From contig CAWGBN010000005.1 of the NCBI GenBank assembly GCA_963820825.1, forward strand, positions 64,001-128,000: a DNA stretch of 64,000 nt, read 5' to 3'. The number at the start of each line of letters is the position of its first letter. Position 1 is the first letter of the stretch. Both the position numbers and the translations under genes were made by a program. This DNA is from Vulcanimicrobiota bacterium. GTDB lineage: Bacteria; Vulcanimicrobiota; Vulcanimicrobiia; Vulcanimicrobiales; Vulcanimicrobiaceae. The notes beneath the pieces were generated by a model. That model had not been told where the DNA came from and ran no database searches. It was given only the letters and a program-made list of their open reading frames with translations. This document shows, in pieces, positions 29,438 through 40,298 of this stretch.

Positions 29438-30676
29438 CTAGGTCGGCGTCGCCGTCGGTCCGGTCGACGGAGTCGTCGACGGCGTCGGAGTCGGCACCAA
29501 AGCCGGCCCGACGGTTACCGTTGAGCCGACCGCATCGTGGGCGATGGTCACGTTCTTTCCGGCCGCCCCGGCGGAGAAGGTGATCTTGCGAGGGTACTGT
29601 CCGTGGCGATTGGCCTGCTGCTGGTTTGGATTCCAAATATCGTCGAGGGCATAGACCGTTTCGTTGCGGCGTTTGATTGCAATCTCGGTGGTACGCGCAC
29701 CGATGAAGGCGTTACCGCCGCTCGATTGCGTCGATCCGCCGCCCAAATCGATGGTGCCCCGAATCGGGACCGCAACGACGGGCGTAAGCGCATCGGAGAA
29801 GGCAACGCGCCCGCTCTCGAACGCCTCATTCTGTATGGAAACGTTGATGCTTCCGTCGGTAATAATGTCGACGACTTTCGCGCCGATCGCACTATCGGTG
29901 TCGCCGCGCGAGAGCGTTACCGACGGTCCGGTGGAGTACGGCGACGAAGTCGGCAAAGGTACGGTCAGCGCGCCGATTCCAAAATCGTTGCCATGAATCT
30001 GACACGACGTACAACTCAAGCTGCCGCCCGCGACGAGGACGCCGTCGACGTTCGGCATCGACAGCACTCTGCCGACTCCGAAGCTGGAATCCGAGGCGGT
30101 GAGCGCCGTCAGCGTATCCAACGCCGCGTAGAACGAATTCGAACCCGGCAGCGATAGGCTCGAGGTACCCACGTAGATATCGCTGACGCCGACGTTCGCC
30201 GGCGGCAAGGCTTCGAGCGTGGTATAGGCGGAGTGCGCCGGAGCGTGCACGAGCTTTTCGAAGGTCGTATCCTCGCCGACTCCGTCAATGAACGTGCCGC
30301 TCTTCGGTCCGCGGCCGTACTGTGACCCTTTGATCGTTACGCTCTTGGGAACCACGATTGGAAAGATCTCGCCGTTGGCGGCGTCGTAATCGCCGGGCGA
30401 GAGATCGATCGCAACGCCGTTTTGTGAGACCCGCTTTGCAGCGACGAGCACCGCGACGGCCTTCGTCAACGTTTTGTACGGCTTGCTCACGCTCCCGTTG
30501 CCGCTGCTGTCGCTCCCGGTAACGGCGTCGACGTAGATCGTCGAGATCGGAGCGAGCGAGGGCGTCACCGGTCCCGGCTGGCCCCACCGCGTGCACGCCG
30601 TACCCGTCACGAGACCGGCTACCGCCAGCGCCCCTACGACCGCAAAGAAGACGCGCGCGAACCAGCCACTCCGCAT
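29438..30676 (-). CDS. Exported DUF1565-like (beta-helix) protein with Thr/Pro tail
   Basis: IYVDAVTGSDSSGNGSVSKPYKTLTKA, PGDY...GEIFPI; lipoprotein-like signal. Confidence 0.75.
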   Translation of the reverse strand: MRSGWFARVFFAVVGALAVAGLVTGTACTRWGQPGPVTPSLAPISTIYVDAVTGSDSSGNGSVSKPYKTLTKAVAVLVAAKRVSQNGVAIDLSPGDYDAANGEIFPIVVPKSVTIKGSQYGRGPKSGTFIDGVGEDTTFEKLVHAPAHSAYTTLEALPPANVGVSDIYVGTSSLSLPGSNSFYAALDTLTALTASDSSFGVGRVLSMPNVDGVLVAGGSLSCTSCQIHGNDFGIGALTVPLPTSSPYSTGPSVTLSRGDTDSAIGAKVVDIITDGSINVSIQNEAFESGRVAFSDALTPVVAVPIRGTIDLGGGSTQSSGGNAFIGARTTEIAIKRRNETVYALDDIWNPNQQQANRHGQYPRKITFSAGAAGKNVTIAHDAVGSTVTVGPALVPTPTPSTTPSTGPTATPT

Positions 30677-30750
30677 TGCGCGTCCCCTTTGCCGCGGCGT
30701 ACCTCGGAACCTCGGGGAGTCGCTCTTCGCATTCCTGAAGAGATGAAGTA

Positions 30751-31953
30751 ATGGTTAAGACGCCCGTGCGCGAGATCGTCGGCGCGATTGACGCGGCTGC
30801 CGCCGCCTGGAGGGACGGCGCCTTCGACTCGCGGATCCGGGCACGCGACGCGGTGGGAGAACGAACCGGATACTCGCTTGAAAGCGTCGAGTATGCGCTC
30901 GATCGGCTTTTCGCCGTGCTGCGCCGCGAAACGATTGAAGCAGTGATTGCCGACGAGCTCGGTTCGCTCGACGTTCTCGACGGCTTCGTAGCTCGTGCCG
31001 GCCGTCCGCGCGCCCGCGCGCTCCCGATCGGCCGAGTCTGCATCATTTCGAGCCGCACGACGATCGGCGTAGCGATTCTCCCCGCCGTCTTCGCGCTCTG
31101 CGCGAAGTGCGACGTAAGCGTCAAGGATCGCGAAGACCATCTCACCGCCGCCTTCTTGAGCACCGTCGTCGATCGGCTCCCAGCATTGCGCGGCCGCGCC
31201 CGCGCGCAAGCGTGGTCAGGCGCAGACGGCCCCGATCTGACGCGCTTCGACGTCGTCGTCGCTTTTGGCGACGACGCGACCCTTGCAACGATTGCGGCAA
31301 AGCTCGGCTATCGCACGCGGTTCCTCGGGTACGGTTCCAAGGCGAGTGCCGGTTACGTTACCCGCGAAGCGCTGCGCGACGAGGAGTCGGCATGGGAAAT
31401 CGCTCGCGGTGCGGCGCTCGATTTGACGCTGTACGAGAGCGAAGGCTGTCTCTCGCTGCACGCGCTCTTCGTCGAAAGCGGAGGCACCGTCGCCGTGCGG
31501 CGCTTCGCCGATCTGCTCGGCGAGGCAATGCATTCGATCGCGGAAGCCTTCCCCGCGCGGCGCGACGCCGTAACGGCCTCGCGTCGCGCAATCGCGCGCG
31601 ATCTCGCCGCCTTTCGCTCGGGAAGCGCGGCGCAGATCTCGGGCCCGTCCGCGCCATACGTGGTGCTCCTCGATTCTCCGCTCGATGAGCCGCCGCTCTT
31701 TCTCGCTCAGACGATCGGTATTCGCAGCGTCGCTACGCCCGCGGACGCGGCGGAGTACCTCGAGCGACACCGCATCACGCTCGAGGCTCTTGCAGTCGCC
31801 GGCGGGCGTCCAGAGCTGCACGAACTCGCATACCGCTCGAAGGCGGCGCGCATAACGACGTTCGGTGCGCTTCAGGCCCCACCGCTCGGTGCGTTTCACG
31901 GCGGCAGAGCGCGCATCGCCGAGTTCGTTCGCTGGATCGGCGACGAGACGTGA
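30751..31953 (+). CDS. Acyl-CoA reductase (LuxC-like)
   Basis: VVAFGDDATL, GYGSKASAG, DLTLYESEGCLS (catalytic Cys) and FHGG near the C-terminus. Confidence 0.8.
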   Translation: MVKTPVREIVGAIDAAAAAWRDGAFDSRIRARDAVGERTGYSLESVEYALDRLFAVLRRETIEAVIADELGSLDVLDGFVARAGRPRARALPIGRVCIISSRTTIGVAILPAVFALCAKCDVSVKDREDHLTAAFLSTVVDRLPALRGRARAQAWSGADGPDLTRFDVVVAFGDDATLATIAAKLGYRTRFLGYGSKASAGYVTREALRDEESAWEIARGAALDLTLYESEGCLSLHALFVESGGTVAVRRFADLLGEAMHSIAEAFPARRDAVTASRRAIARDLAAFRSGSAAQISGPSAPYVVLLDSPLDEPPLFLAQTIGIRSVATPADAAEYLERHRITLEALAVAGGRPELHELAYRSKAARITTFGALQAPPLGAFHGGRARIAEFVRWIGDET

Positions 31954-33214
31954 GCTTACGCAGAACCCGCAGCGTCGAGCTCGCGGCCCGGCTCCGGCGC
32001 TACGAGCAGCGCAACGTGACCTATCTCGCCGACGATTTTCCGATCTTTTGGGAGTCGGCTCGCGGTGCGACGATCGTCGATGCCGACGGAAACGAGTACC
32101 TCGATTGCACGGCGGCCTTCGGTGTCGCCAACGCCGGGCATTGCAATCCGCGCGTAATGCAGGCGCTCGTCGATCAGACGAAGCGCCTCGTTCACGGCAT
32201 GGGCGACGTTCACCCAACCGAGATTCGCGTTCGTCTCTTCGAGCGTCTCGCATCGATCGTCCCGAAGGGCCTCGACCGCTTCTTTCTCGCGACGACCGGA
32301 TCGGAGGCGGTTGAGGCCGCGCTCAAAACGGCAATCCTCGCGACGGGCAAGTCGCACTTCGCAGCCTATCGCGGCGGTTACCATGGACTCTCCTTCGGCA
32401 CGCTAGCAATCGGCGGGATCGAGCACTTTCGCGAGCCGTTCGCCGCAGCCGTCGGCCGCGAGGCGTTGCTCCTAGAGTATCCCGGCACGCGCAGCATCAC
32501 CGCGCACGCGCTCTCCGCGGCGCGAACCGCACTGCGCGAGCACGACGATATTGGCGCGCTCGTGATCGAGCCGATTCAAGGGCGCGCCGGCTGCGTCGTC
32601 CCGCCGCCCGGCTACCTGCGCGCGATGCGCGAGCTCTGCGACGAGCTCGGCATTCTGATGATCGTTGACGAGATCTTCACCGGCTTCGGCCGCACTGGCA
32701 CGTGGTTCGCCGTCGACGGCGAAGGCGTGCTTCCCGATCTGCTCTGCATCGGAAAGGCAATGGGTTTGGGCGTTCCGATCAGTGCGGTTGCCGGACGTGC
32801 GGCGGTCATGGATGCCTGGCCGCCATCGAGCGGCGAGGCGCTCCACACCTCGACCTATCTCGGCAATCCGTTAGCGTGCGCCGCAGCGGTCGCCACCATA
32901 GACGAACTCGAAGAGCGAGCGCTTCCCATCCGCGCGGCCCGGCTCGGCACGCACCTCGCTTCCCGTCTGCGAGCCTAACCGCGACGCCCGGCGTCGTGGA
33001 GGTGCGCGGCACCGGTCTCTGTTGGGGCGTGCAGCTTGAACCCGCCGCACGCGCAGGTGCCGCGGTGCGCCAGGCCTTACAGAGCGGCGTGATATTCTTG
33101 CAATCCGGCCGCAACGGCGACGTGATCGCCATCACGCCCCCGCTGGTCATCGGCGAAACCGAACTGAACCACGCGATCGACGTGCTCGCCACCGTACTAT
33201 CGGACGTTCGGTGA
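31950..33214 (+). CDS. Class III PLP aminotransferase (one frameshift near 32975)
   Basis: GSEAVEAALK, EPIQG, DEIFTGFGRTG and GKAMG. The C-terminal VRGTG...ITPPL domain continues in another frame after gcctaa. Confidence 0.85.
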
Positions 33215-34239
33215 GTCGGTATCGAATCGGAATCGTCGGCGCGGGATTCGGCGCGACTAGCCATCTGCCGGCACTGCAGAACCATCCGCATTTCGACGTC
33301 GTCGCAATTGCCTCGCCGAGGAGTGCCGCCGAGGTCGCTCGCCGTTCGAACGTTCCCCATGCGTTCCGATCGTGCGCCGAGATGCTCGCAAACTGCGAGC
33401 TCGATGCGGTTACCGTCACCTCGCCCCCGTTTGCGCACTGCGACGACGTTCTAGCAGCGCTGGAGGCACGTAAACACGTCCTGGCCGAGAAGCCGTTCGC
33501 GACCTCCGTCGCCGGCGCGACGCGCATGGTCGAGGCCTCCCGCGCTGCCGGAACCGCATGCGGCGTCGCACATGAATTCCGGTTCGTACCGCAGGCGCAG
33601 GCGCTCAAAGAGCTGATCGTAAACGGCCACCTCGGCCATCTCCGCAACGTCGAGATCACGCTGCTGCGGCACACGTTACGCCGCCACGAGCCCCGCTCGC
33701 GCAGTTGATGGTTCGAACGCGAACGCGGCGGCGGTCTCGCCGGCGCCATTCTCTCCCACATCATCGATCAGGCGAATTGGCTCGTGGGAAGCCTCCCCGC
33801 GCGCGCGATGGGCTTTCACCGCACCGCCAATCCCGAGCGCATCGACGAGCTGGGGCCTTTCGCTTCGAGCGTCGACGACGGCGCATTCGCTCTGCTGGAG
33901 TACCGCGACGGAGTCGCCGCCCGGCTTACGGCCGATGCAACGGCCGCAGTCGAATCGTACACGTGCGCCGCGCATGGCGAACGCCGCACGGGCGTCGCGA
34001 GCGGAGCGAACATCATCGATCTCACGCTCTACACCGTCGACCGTGAGGAGACCGACGAGCTTACCTGCCGCGCCTCTCCATACCAGCGCTTTGCGCGCAT
34101 CAACGAGAACGTACCGCTGTTGATGGAGCTCTACGACGAGTTCGCGAAGGCGATCGAAGGCCGTCCCGACGCTCTGCCGTCCTTCGACGAAGCGCTGGCA
34201 ACGCAAGAGGTGCTGGCGACGATCGGCTACGAGCTCTGA
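33211..34239 (+). CDS. Gfo/Idh/MocA oxidoreductase with in-frame TGA at 33706-33708
   Basis: GIVGAGFG and KHVLAEKP. After the TGA the same frame continues WFERERGGG...SHIID to 34239. Confidence 0.8.
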
Positions 34240-35482
34240 GCGGCGAGATGCCGCCAAAGCATGCCGAGCGCGGAGGTTGTGGCGCGCTGCATGACCGCCT
34301 CGCGCTCGCCCGCAAACTCCACGCTCACCGCGCTCGTCCCAATCCGTGCGTCGTCGAGCGCAAACCAGACAAGTCCGACCGGCTTCTCCGGCGTCCCACC
34401 GCCCGGCCCGGCGATCCCGGTCGTTGCCAGCCCGATATCGGCGTTCAAGCGTAACCGTACGCCGCGGGCCATCTCGCGCGCCGTCTCTTCGCTGACCGCT
34501 CCAAAACGCGCGAGGGTCTCCGCGCGCACACCCAGCTGCGCGATCTTTACCGCATTCGCGTACGCGACCACGCCCCCGTAAAAACTCTGCGACGAGCCTG
34601 GTACGCTCGTCAGCGCGGCCGCAATGCGCCCGCCCGTGCACGATTCGCCAACGGCGAGGTTGTGCCCATAGCGTTGTGCGAGCGTGTGGATCGCACTTGC
34701 GGGCGAGTCCGCATCGCGTCCGAAGACGTACCCGTCCAGTCGCGATTCGATCTCGGCTTGCAGCGGCGCGATCAGCGCCTGCGCCGCTTCCGCCGAATGC
34801 GATTTTGCCGTCAGCTTGACGTCGGCGCGGTAGTCGTGGGCGAGCACGGCGATCTTCGGATTCTCCGAGCTTCGAAAGAGTTCGGCAATCCGGTGGTCGA
34901 TCTCCGATTCGCCGATACCGATGGTGTGCAGGACGCGCGTGTAGATGGCCTCGCCGCTCCCCAACCGCTCGCGAAGAAACGGCAGCACCTGCTCGACGAA
35001 CATCGGTTTCATCTCTCGCGGCACGCCGGGCATCGATGCGACGAACTTTCCCCCGGATTGAATGCGATGAAACCGGGTGCGGTGCCGTTGGGATTCTCGA
35101 GCGGCCGGCTTCCCCGCGGCAACTCCGCCTGTTTACGATTGTTCTCGCGCATCGGACGTCCAAAGGCCGCGAACGTCGCCTCCATCTGCCGTAAGGCGGG
35201 TTCGTAGAGCTCCGTATCGAGCGCGAGCGCCGTGCAGACCGCCTCTTTCGTCAGATCGTCGACCGTCGGTCCCAGGCCGCCGGTGGTGATTACGCCGTCG
35301 GCTCGGTCGAGCGATCCGCGAATCGCCGCAGCGATGCGCTCGCGGTTGTCGCCGATCGCGTGCGTCGCGTGAACGTCGATACCGGCCCGCGCCAAGCCGG
35401 CGGCAATGAAGGCGGTATTCGTATCGACGAGCTGGCCGAGCAGCAGCTCCGTGCCGACCGCGATGACTTCAACGCTCGGCAT
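34227..35482 (-). CDS. cinA: Competence/damage-inducible protein A with PncC domain (frameshift near 35050)
   Basis: GTELLLGQLVDTN, TGGLGPTVDD, GTAPG; then PGVPREM, GESCTGG and TGIAGPGGG in the second frame. Confidence 0.9.
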
Positions 35483-36053
35483 CGCGCTCGTCGAACCACG
35501 TCGGATACTCGAAGCGCACGTCGGCGGAGAAGCCGCGCGCCGCTTCGATCATGGCGTTTCGCCGGAGCGGCGACTCTTCTTGCTGCGGATGAAGCTCGCG
35601 CACGCGCTCGCGTTTCTCCGCCAATCGCTCGACGAAACGCGCGAAGCGGTCGTCCATCGCCCGTTGGAGCGCGTTCTTGAGCGCCTTCGCGACGCGCGGT
35701 GCGAGCCCGGCCGTCGAGATCGCCACGCGCACCGGACCGGCCTTGGCGATCGCCGCCATCGCAACGAAGCCGAACTTCGGCTGATCGATGCAGCAGAGCA
35801 GAAAGCGATGGCGGTCGGCAAGCGTACGGAGCCGCGCCGAGAGTTCCGCATCCTGCGGCGTCGAAATGACGAAGAACGCGCCGGCGAGCTCGCCCTCGTC
35901 GAGCGCACTCGCGTCGTAGACCCGGCGCACGTCGGCCCCGGCCTCTTCCAAGGCGGCGCTCTTTTCGATCGCCTCGCGATCGTCGGCCGCACCGATGACG
36001 ATGCAGCGGCGCCCCTCGAGATTCAAGCTCACTGGAAAGAAAGCGCGGCGCAC
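35469..36053 (-). CDS. Precorrin-2 dehydrogenase/sirohydrochlorin ferrochelatase (SirC/CysG N-terminal type)
   Basis: FPVSLNLEGRRCIVIG, IDQP and VAISTAGLAP motifs. Confidence 0.8.
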   Translation of the reverse strand: MRRAFFPVSLNLEGRRCIVIGAADDREAIEKSAALEEAGADVRRVYDASALDEGELAGAFFVISTPQDAELSARLRTLADRHRFLLCCIDQPKFGFVAMAAIAKAGPVRVAISTAGLAPRVAKALKNALQRAMDDRFARFVERLAEKRERVRELHPQQEESPLRRNAMIEAARGFSADVRFEYPTWFDERDAER

Positions 36054-36057
36054 GACG

Positions 36058-36909
36058 TCAGTAATCGACGGGCCGCAGATAGAACTCGTTAATCGCGGTA
36101 CTGGTCAGCATCGCGGTCGTCGGCAGGTGACGCTTCCAATGAGTCGAGTCGACCCGGCCGCGAACGAGCGCTACTTCGGCCGACGTGAAGCCGTGCTCGA
36201 CGAGTTGCGCGTCGGAGTAGCCTTGCAGAAGCTGCGCGAGAATCGCGTCGGCTCGCGCGTAGCTGATTCCGAGATCGGCTTCGTCGGTCTGATCCGCCTG
36301 GAGATCGGCCGTCGGGGCCTTCTCGATCAATCGCTCGGGAACGCCGAGATAGCGCGCCAGATCCCAGACCTGGCTCTTGAAGAGATCGCCGATCGGGTTG
36401 AGCGGCGGCGTATCGTCGGCATGCCAGGTAAAATACCCGAGCATGCGTTCGGTCTTGTTGCCGGTTCCGATCGGGAGCGCGTCGAGCTTTGCCGATTGGT
36501 CGAAAAGCACGACCATGCGCACTCGCGCCATCACGTTGCCCCGACGGCGCGCATCCGCCTCGGGTTCGAACTCCAAGTACCCATCGACCGCGGCACTGAT
36601 GTCGATTGTGCGGCACGCGATCCCCAATGCGTCGACGACGAGCTGCGCGTCGCTTAGACTCGACGGATGCGACGTTCGGTACGGCAGGCGAAATGCGTAG
36701 ACGTTCTGCGCTCCCAGCGCGCGCGTGCAGAGGAACGCGGTCACCGCCGAATCGACGCCGCCGGAGAGACCGATCACGGCGCGCGCAATTCCGCGCCGCT
36801 CGACCAACTCGTCGCGCAGAAAGGCCACGAGCCACTGCGCGGTGACCGCGGCATCGATTTCGGGCACTCTCGGCGGCGCCGGCGCGCTCTCAACGATCGG
36901 CAGCGTCAT
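36058..36909 (-). CDS. nadE: NAD+ synthetase, synthetase subunit
   Basis: GLSGGVDS, GNVMARVRM, GTGNKTE, KAPTADL and TDE motifs. Confidence 0.95.
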   Translation of the reverse strand: MTLPIVESAPAPPRVPEIDAAVTAQWLVAFLRDELVERRGIARAVIGLSGGVDSAVTAFLCTRALGAQNVYAFRLPYRTSHPSSLSDAQLVVDALGIACRTIDISAAVDGYLEFEPEADARRRGNVMARVRMVVLFDQSAKLDALPIGTGNKTERMLGYFTWHADDTPPLNPIGDLFKSQVWDLARYLGVPERLIEKAPTADLQADQTDEADLGISYARADAILAQLLQGYSDAQLVEHGFTSAEVALVRGRVDSTHWKRHLPTTAMLTSTAINEFYLRPVDY

Positions 36910-37798
36910 TGCGCGTTCGCGGCAAGGGAAGCTCGTCGTCGAGCAGCAGGTCGGGTAAGACGCTGCGCAGATCGCCCAGCAACGGCAGGCCGGCGCGCGC
37001 GAGATCCACCTCGCGCAGATCGAGGTCGGCGCGAACGATGCAGGCCTCTGCCGGGGGCGCCTGCACGACGACGCGCCCGTGGGGATCGATCACGCAAGAG
37101 GATCCGCTCAAGCCTTTACCGCCTTCGAAGCCCGTCAGGCCCGCGTAGATGACGTAGACCCCATGTTCGATTGCGGTCAGACGCAACATATCGCGCCATT
37201 GCGCGATGCTCTCGAGCTCGCCCTCGCGTTCGATTCCGCGTCCCGGCGAAGCGCTCGGGATGAGGAGCATGCGCGCTCCCTTGATCGCCGCTAGGGTTGG
37301 GACGATTGCGTGACAAGCATCCTCGCAGATCAGCAGCGCCGCGGTGCCGAAGCGCGTTTCGAAGACTCCCAGTTTATGCCCGCGCGAGAGAAAACGCTCC
37401 TCGTCGAAGACGCCGTACGTCGCTAAGAACATCTTGCGGTGGACGTGAACGATACGCTCCCGGCCCCGCTCGACCTCGAGATAGATCGCGCTGTTGTAAT
37501 ACGTGCCGCCGTCGTTTTCGAAGAAGCCGGCGGCAATGTCGACGCGCTCGCCACCGGCCTCCGTCCACGTCCGCGCGAGGTCGCGCGCGAAGGCGTCGGC
37601 GGAGAGCGCGAGATCGAAGACGCCCCCTTCGAGAAAGTATCCCGTCAGGGCGCCCTCGGGAAAAAGGATCAGATCGGGCGGATCGTCGGCGAGCTGCCCG
37701 AAGGCTTCGCCCGCATCGCGAAGATTGTGCGCGTACCGTCCCTTCGCCGGCTTCGTCTGCATCAGCGCGACGCGCAGCCGCGCGGCTGCGTCACTCAC
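36890..37798 (-). CDS. Nitrilase-family amidohydrolase, probable glutaminase partner of NadE
   Basis: FPE, HRKMFLATYGVFDEERF and ICED (Glu-Lys-Cys triad); overlaps the nadE start. Confidence 0.85.
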   Translation of the reverse strand: MSDAAARLRVALMQTKPAKGRYAHNLRDAGEAFGQLADDPPDLILFPEGALTGYFLEGGVFDLALSADAFARDLARTWTEAGGERVDIAAGFFENDGGTYYNSAIYLEVERGRERIVHVHRKMFLATYGVFDEERFLSRGHKLGVFETRFGTAALLICEDACHAIVPTLAAIKGARMLLIPSASPGRGIEREGELESIAQWRDMLRLTAIEHGVYVIYAGLTGFEGGKGLSGSSCVIDPHGRVVVQAPPAEACIVRADLDLREVDLARAGLPLLGDLRSVLPDLLLDDELPLPRTRNDAADR

Positions 37799-39230
37799 CG
37801 ACAATGCTCGTCGCCATCTCGATCTGCTCGTCGCCGGGAATCTTTCTCCCGAGTTTCGCCGCACACTCCTCGGCGGGGTAGGTCCAAATCTCGGCAAGCG
37901 TCGGATGAAGGTGCGGAATGCGCATGAACTGGTCCACGGTCGAGTCGAACCGCATTGCGACGATCACTTCGTGGATGAGCTCCGATGCCTGGGGACCGAG
38001 CACCGCGGCGCCGAGAATCCGTCCCTCCTCGCGGTCTGCCATCATCTTGACGAAGCCCTTCGTCTTTGCCAAGCATTGCGCTTTGCCGTGCTCGGCGAAA
38101 TCGTAGCGTCCCGAAACGTAGGCGATGCCTTTGCGGCGCAGCTCCTTCTCGCTCGAACCGACCGCGGCGAACTGCGGATCGGTAAAGACGGAGTGCGCGC
38201 CGATCAAACGGTACTCGGGGCGCTCTTCGACGTTGAGGCAGGCGTTGCGCGCGGCGATCTCGCCTTGATAGATCGCGACGTGCACCAGCATGTACTCCCC
38301 GGTCACGTCTCCGACGGCGTAGATGTTCGGATTGCTTGTCCGCAAGCGGCCGTCGACGGCAACGGCGCCGCCCGGCTCGCATCGGACGCCGGCCTTCTCC
38401 AAATCGAGCCCGGCGGTCTTGGGCGTGCGGCCGAGCGCATAGAAGATCTCGTCGGCGGCAACTTCCCGCTCGATCCCTCCGTGCAGATACCGGACGATCT
38501 TCTTCCGATCGCGCCGCTCGACGCGCAGGAGCGTCGCCTGCGTCACGACGTCGATCGCTTCGTCACGAAAATACTCGGTCAGTACGTTGCCGACGTCGTC
38601 GTCGCTGTGCGTGAGCAGGTGACCGCTGCGTATAACGATCGTCGTTCTCGCTCCCATCCGGGCCAGAAACTGTCCGAGTTCGCACGCGGTGTACCCGCCG
38701 CCGAGCACGACTACCGATTCCGGTATTGCCTCCAACTCGAGCACCCCATCGCTATCGACGAAGCCGGCCTCGGCAAGACCCGGCACGGCGTTCGGCGTCA
38801 CGACGCTGCCGGTTGCGATCACAAACTTCGAGGCCTCCAAGACGAGGCTCTCGTCCACCAGAACCTGCGTCGGAGAGAGAAAACGCGCCGGGCCGAGGTA
38901 GAGCGGAAACGCTTCGATCCCCTCGATCCGGTACTCTGCGAAGCCGCGGACGAGTTCGCGTTTGCGAGCCGCGATGAAGGGCATGTCGAACGACGGCGCT
39001 CCCGCATCGATCCCCAGCGCGCGCGCGTCCCGCGTGTCCTGCAACGCATCGCTAGAGGCCAGAAGCGCCTTGCTCGGCATGCATCCGCGGAGAATACAGA
39101 GACCGCCGAGCGGACCTTGGTCGACGAGCGCCACGTCGCAGCCGACGTCGCGCGCCGTCCGCGCGGCCGCATAACCGGCAGAACCGGCGCCGACGACGAT
39201 CAGCTCGTGACGGCGCGGCGGTTCGCGCAT
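37791..39230 (-). CDS. Pyridine nucleotide-disulfide oxidoreductase (dihydrolipoamide dehydrogenase family)
   Basis: GAGSAG, GGLCILRGCMPSK, GDV and HPTLAE motifs. Confidence 0.88.
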   Translation of the reverse strand: MREPPRRHELIVVGAGSAGYAAARTARDVGCDVALVDQGPLGGLCILRGCMPSKALLASSDALQDTRDARALGIDAGAPSFDMPFIAARKRELVRGFAEYRIEGIEAFPLYLGPARFLSPTQVLVDESLVLEASKFVIATGSVVTPNAVPGLAEAGFVDSDGVLELEAIPESVVVLGGGYTACELGQFLARMGARTTIVIRSGHLLTHSDDDVGNVLTEYFRDEAIDVVTQATLLRVERRDRKKIVRYLHGGIEREVAADEIFYALGRTPKTAGLDLEKAGVRCEPGGAVAVDGRLRTSNPNIYAVGDVTGEYMLVHVAIYQGEIAARNACLNVEERPEYRLIGAHSVFTDPQFAAVGSSEKELRRKGIAYVSGRYDFAEHGKAQCLAKTKGFVKMMADREEGRILGAAVLGPQASELIHEVIVAMRFDSTVDQFMRIPHLHPTLAEIWTYPAEECAAKLGRKIPGDEQIEMATSIVGE

Positions 39231-40213
39231 TACCGCCCGGGCGGGCGGGCGCCGAGCCGGTGCGTCGATTCGATGAAGCGCACCGTTCCGCTGGAGTGAA
39301 CGAGAATCGAATGCGTCCGTGCTTGATTACCGAAGAAACGCACGCCTCGAACGAGGTCGCCGTCGGTGATTCCGGTCGCGCAGAAGATGACGTCGTTGCT
39401 CCGTACGAGATCGTCGAGCTCGAGGACGCGATTGATGTCGCCGATTCCCATCTCCACAGCGCGCCGTGCCTCCGTTTCGTTGCGCGGCTGAAGACGGCCC
39501 ATGAAATTCCCGCCGAGACACTTGATCGCCGCCGCCGCGAGCACACCTTCAGGCGCGCCGCCCGTTCCCATCGCGACGTGAATTCCCGTGGATTCGATCG
39601 CCGTGGCGATGCACGCATCGACGTCTCCGTCTGAGATCAACCGGATCCTGGCTCCGGCCGCACGCACCTCCTCGATCAGCGTCGCGTGCCGGGGGCGGTC
39701 GAGGATGATGACGCAGACGTCGTTGATCGGCTTTTCGAGCGCGTTCGCCACGGCTTCGAGATTCTCTCGCACCGGCGCGTCGATGTGCACGTAGGGCGCG
39801 GCCTTCGCGCCGACCGCCAGTTTCTTCATGTACGTGTCGGGAGCGTGCAGCAGTCCGCTGCGCTCGGCGATCGCCATTACCGCGATCGCGTTGGGAAGAC
39901 CGTTCGCGACGAGATTCGTCCCCTCGACCGGATCGACCGCAATGTCGACTTCCTGGCCGCCGGTTCCGACTTCCTCGCCGATGTACAGCATCGGTGCTTC
40001 GTCGCGCTCCCCTTCGCCGATGACGATCCGGCCCGAGATCTCCATGTCGCCGAGCGATTCTCGCATCTTCTCGACCGCGGCGCCGTCGGCGGCGTCGCGT
40101 TCGCCGCGGCCCATCCAGCGCGATGCGGCGAGCGCCGCACTCTCGGTGACTTTGACGAAATCGAGCGAGTGAACCGGATGGTCCAGCCGCGCGCGCATGA
40201 TAGAACGAGCCAT
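39230..40213 (-). CDS. glpX: Class II fructose-1,6-bisphosphatase
   Basis: IGEGERDEAPMLYIGE, DPVEGT, GGAPEGV and TGITDG motifs. Confidence 0.95.
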   Translation of the reverse strand: MARSIMRARLDHPVHSLDFVKVTESAALAASRWMGRGERDAADGAAVEKMRESLGDMEISGRIVIGEGERDEAPMLYIGEEVGTGGQEVDIAVDPVEGTNLVANGLPNAIAVMAIAERSGLLHAPDTYMKKLAVGAKAAPYVHIDAPVRENLEAVANALEKPINDVCVIILDRPRHATLIEEVRAAGARIRLISDGDVDACIATAIESTGIHVAMGTGGAPEGVLAAAAIKCLGGNFMGRLQPRNETEARRAVEMGIGDINRVLELDDLVRSNDVIFCATGITDGDLVRGVRFFGNQARTHSILVHSSGTVRFIESTHRLGARPPGR

Positions 40214-40298
40214 CGTTAGCTCGCCACTACAAAGGGAAGCGGCGCATTTCCTGTTAAGAACGCATGTCGTGTTCGCAGGCAGCCGCCTTTCTCGTCCC

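Noticed and set aside
30751..31953. Bioluminescence (lux) operon
   Set aside because: Only a LuxC-like gene is present; no luxA, luxB, luxD or luxE in the window.
33706..33708. In-frame TGA as selenocysteine
   Set aside because: The context (S*WF) expects Trp rather than Cys, the family is not a known selenoprotein family, and no convincing SECIS hairpin was seen.
37791..39230. Mercuric reductase MerA
   Set aside because: No C-terminal Cys-Cys pair, no HMA domain and no mer genes; it has the HPTxxE motif of lipoamide dehydrogenase-like enzymes.
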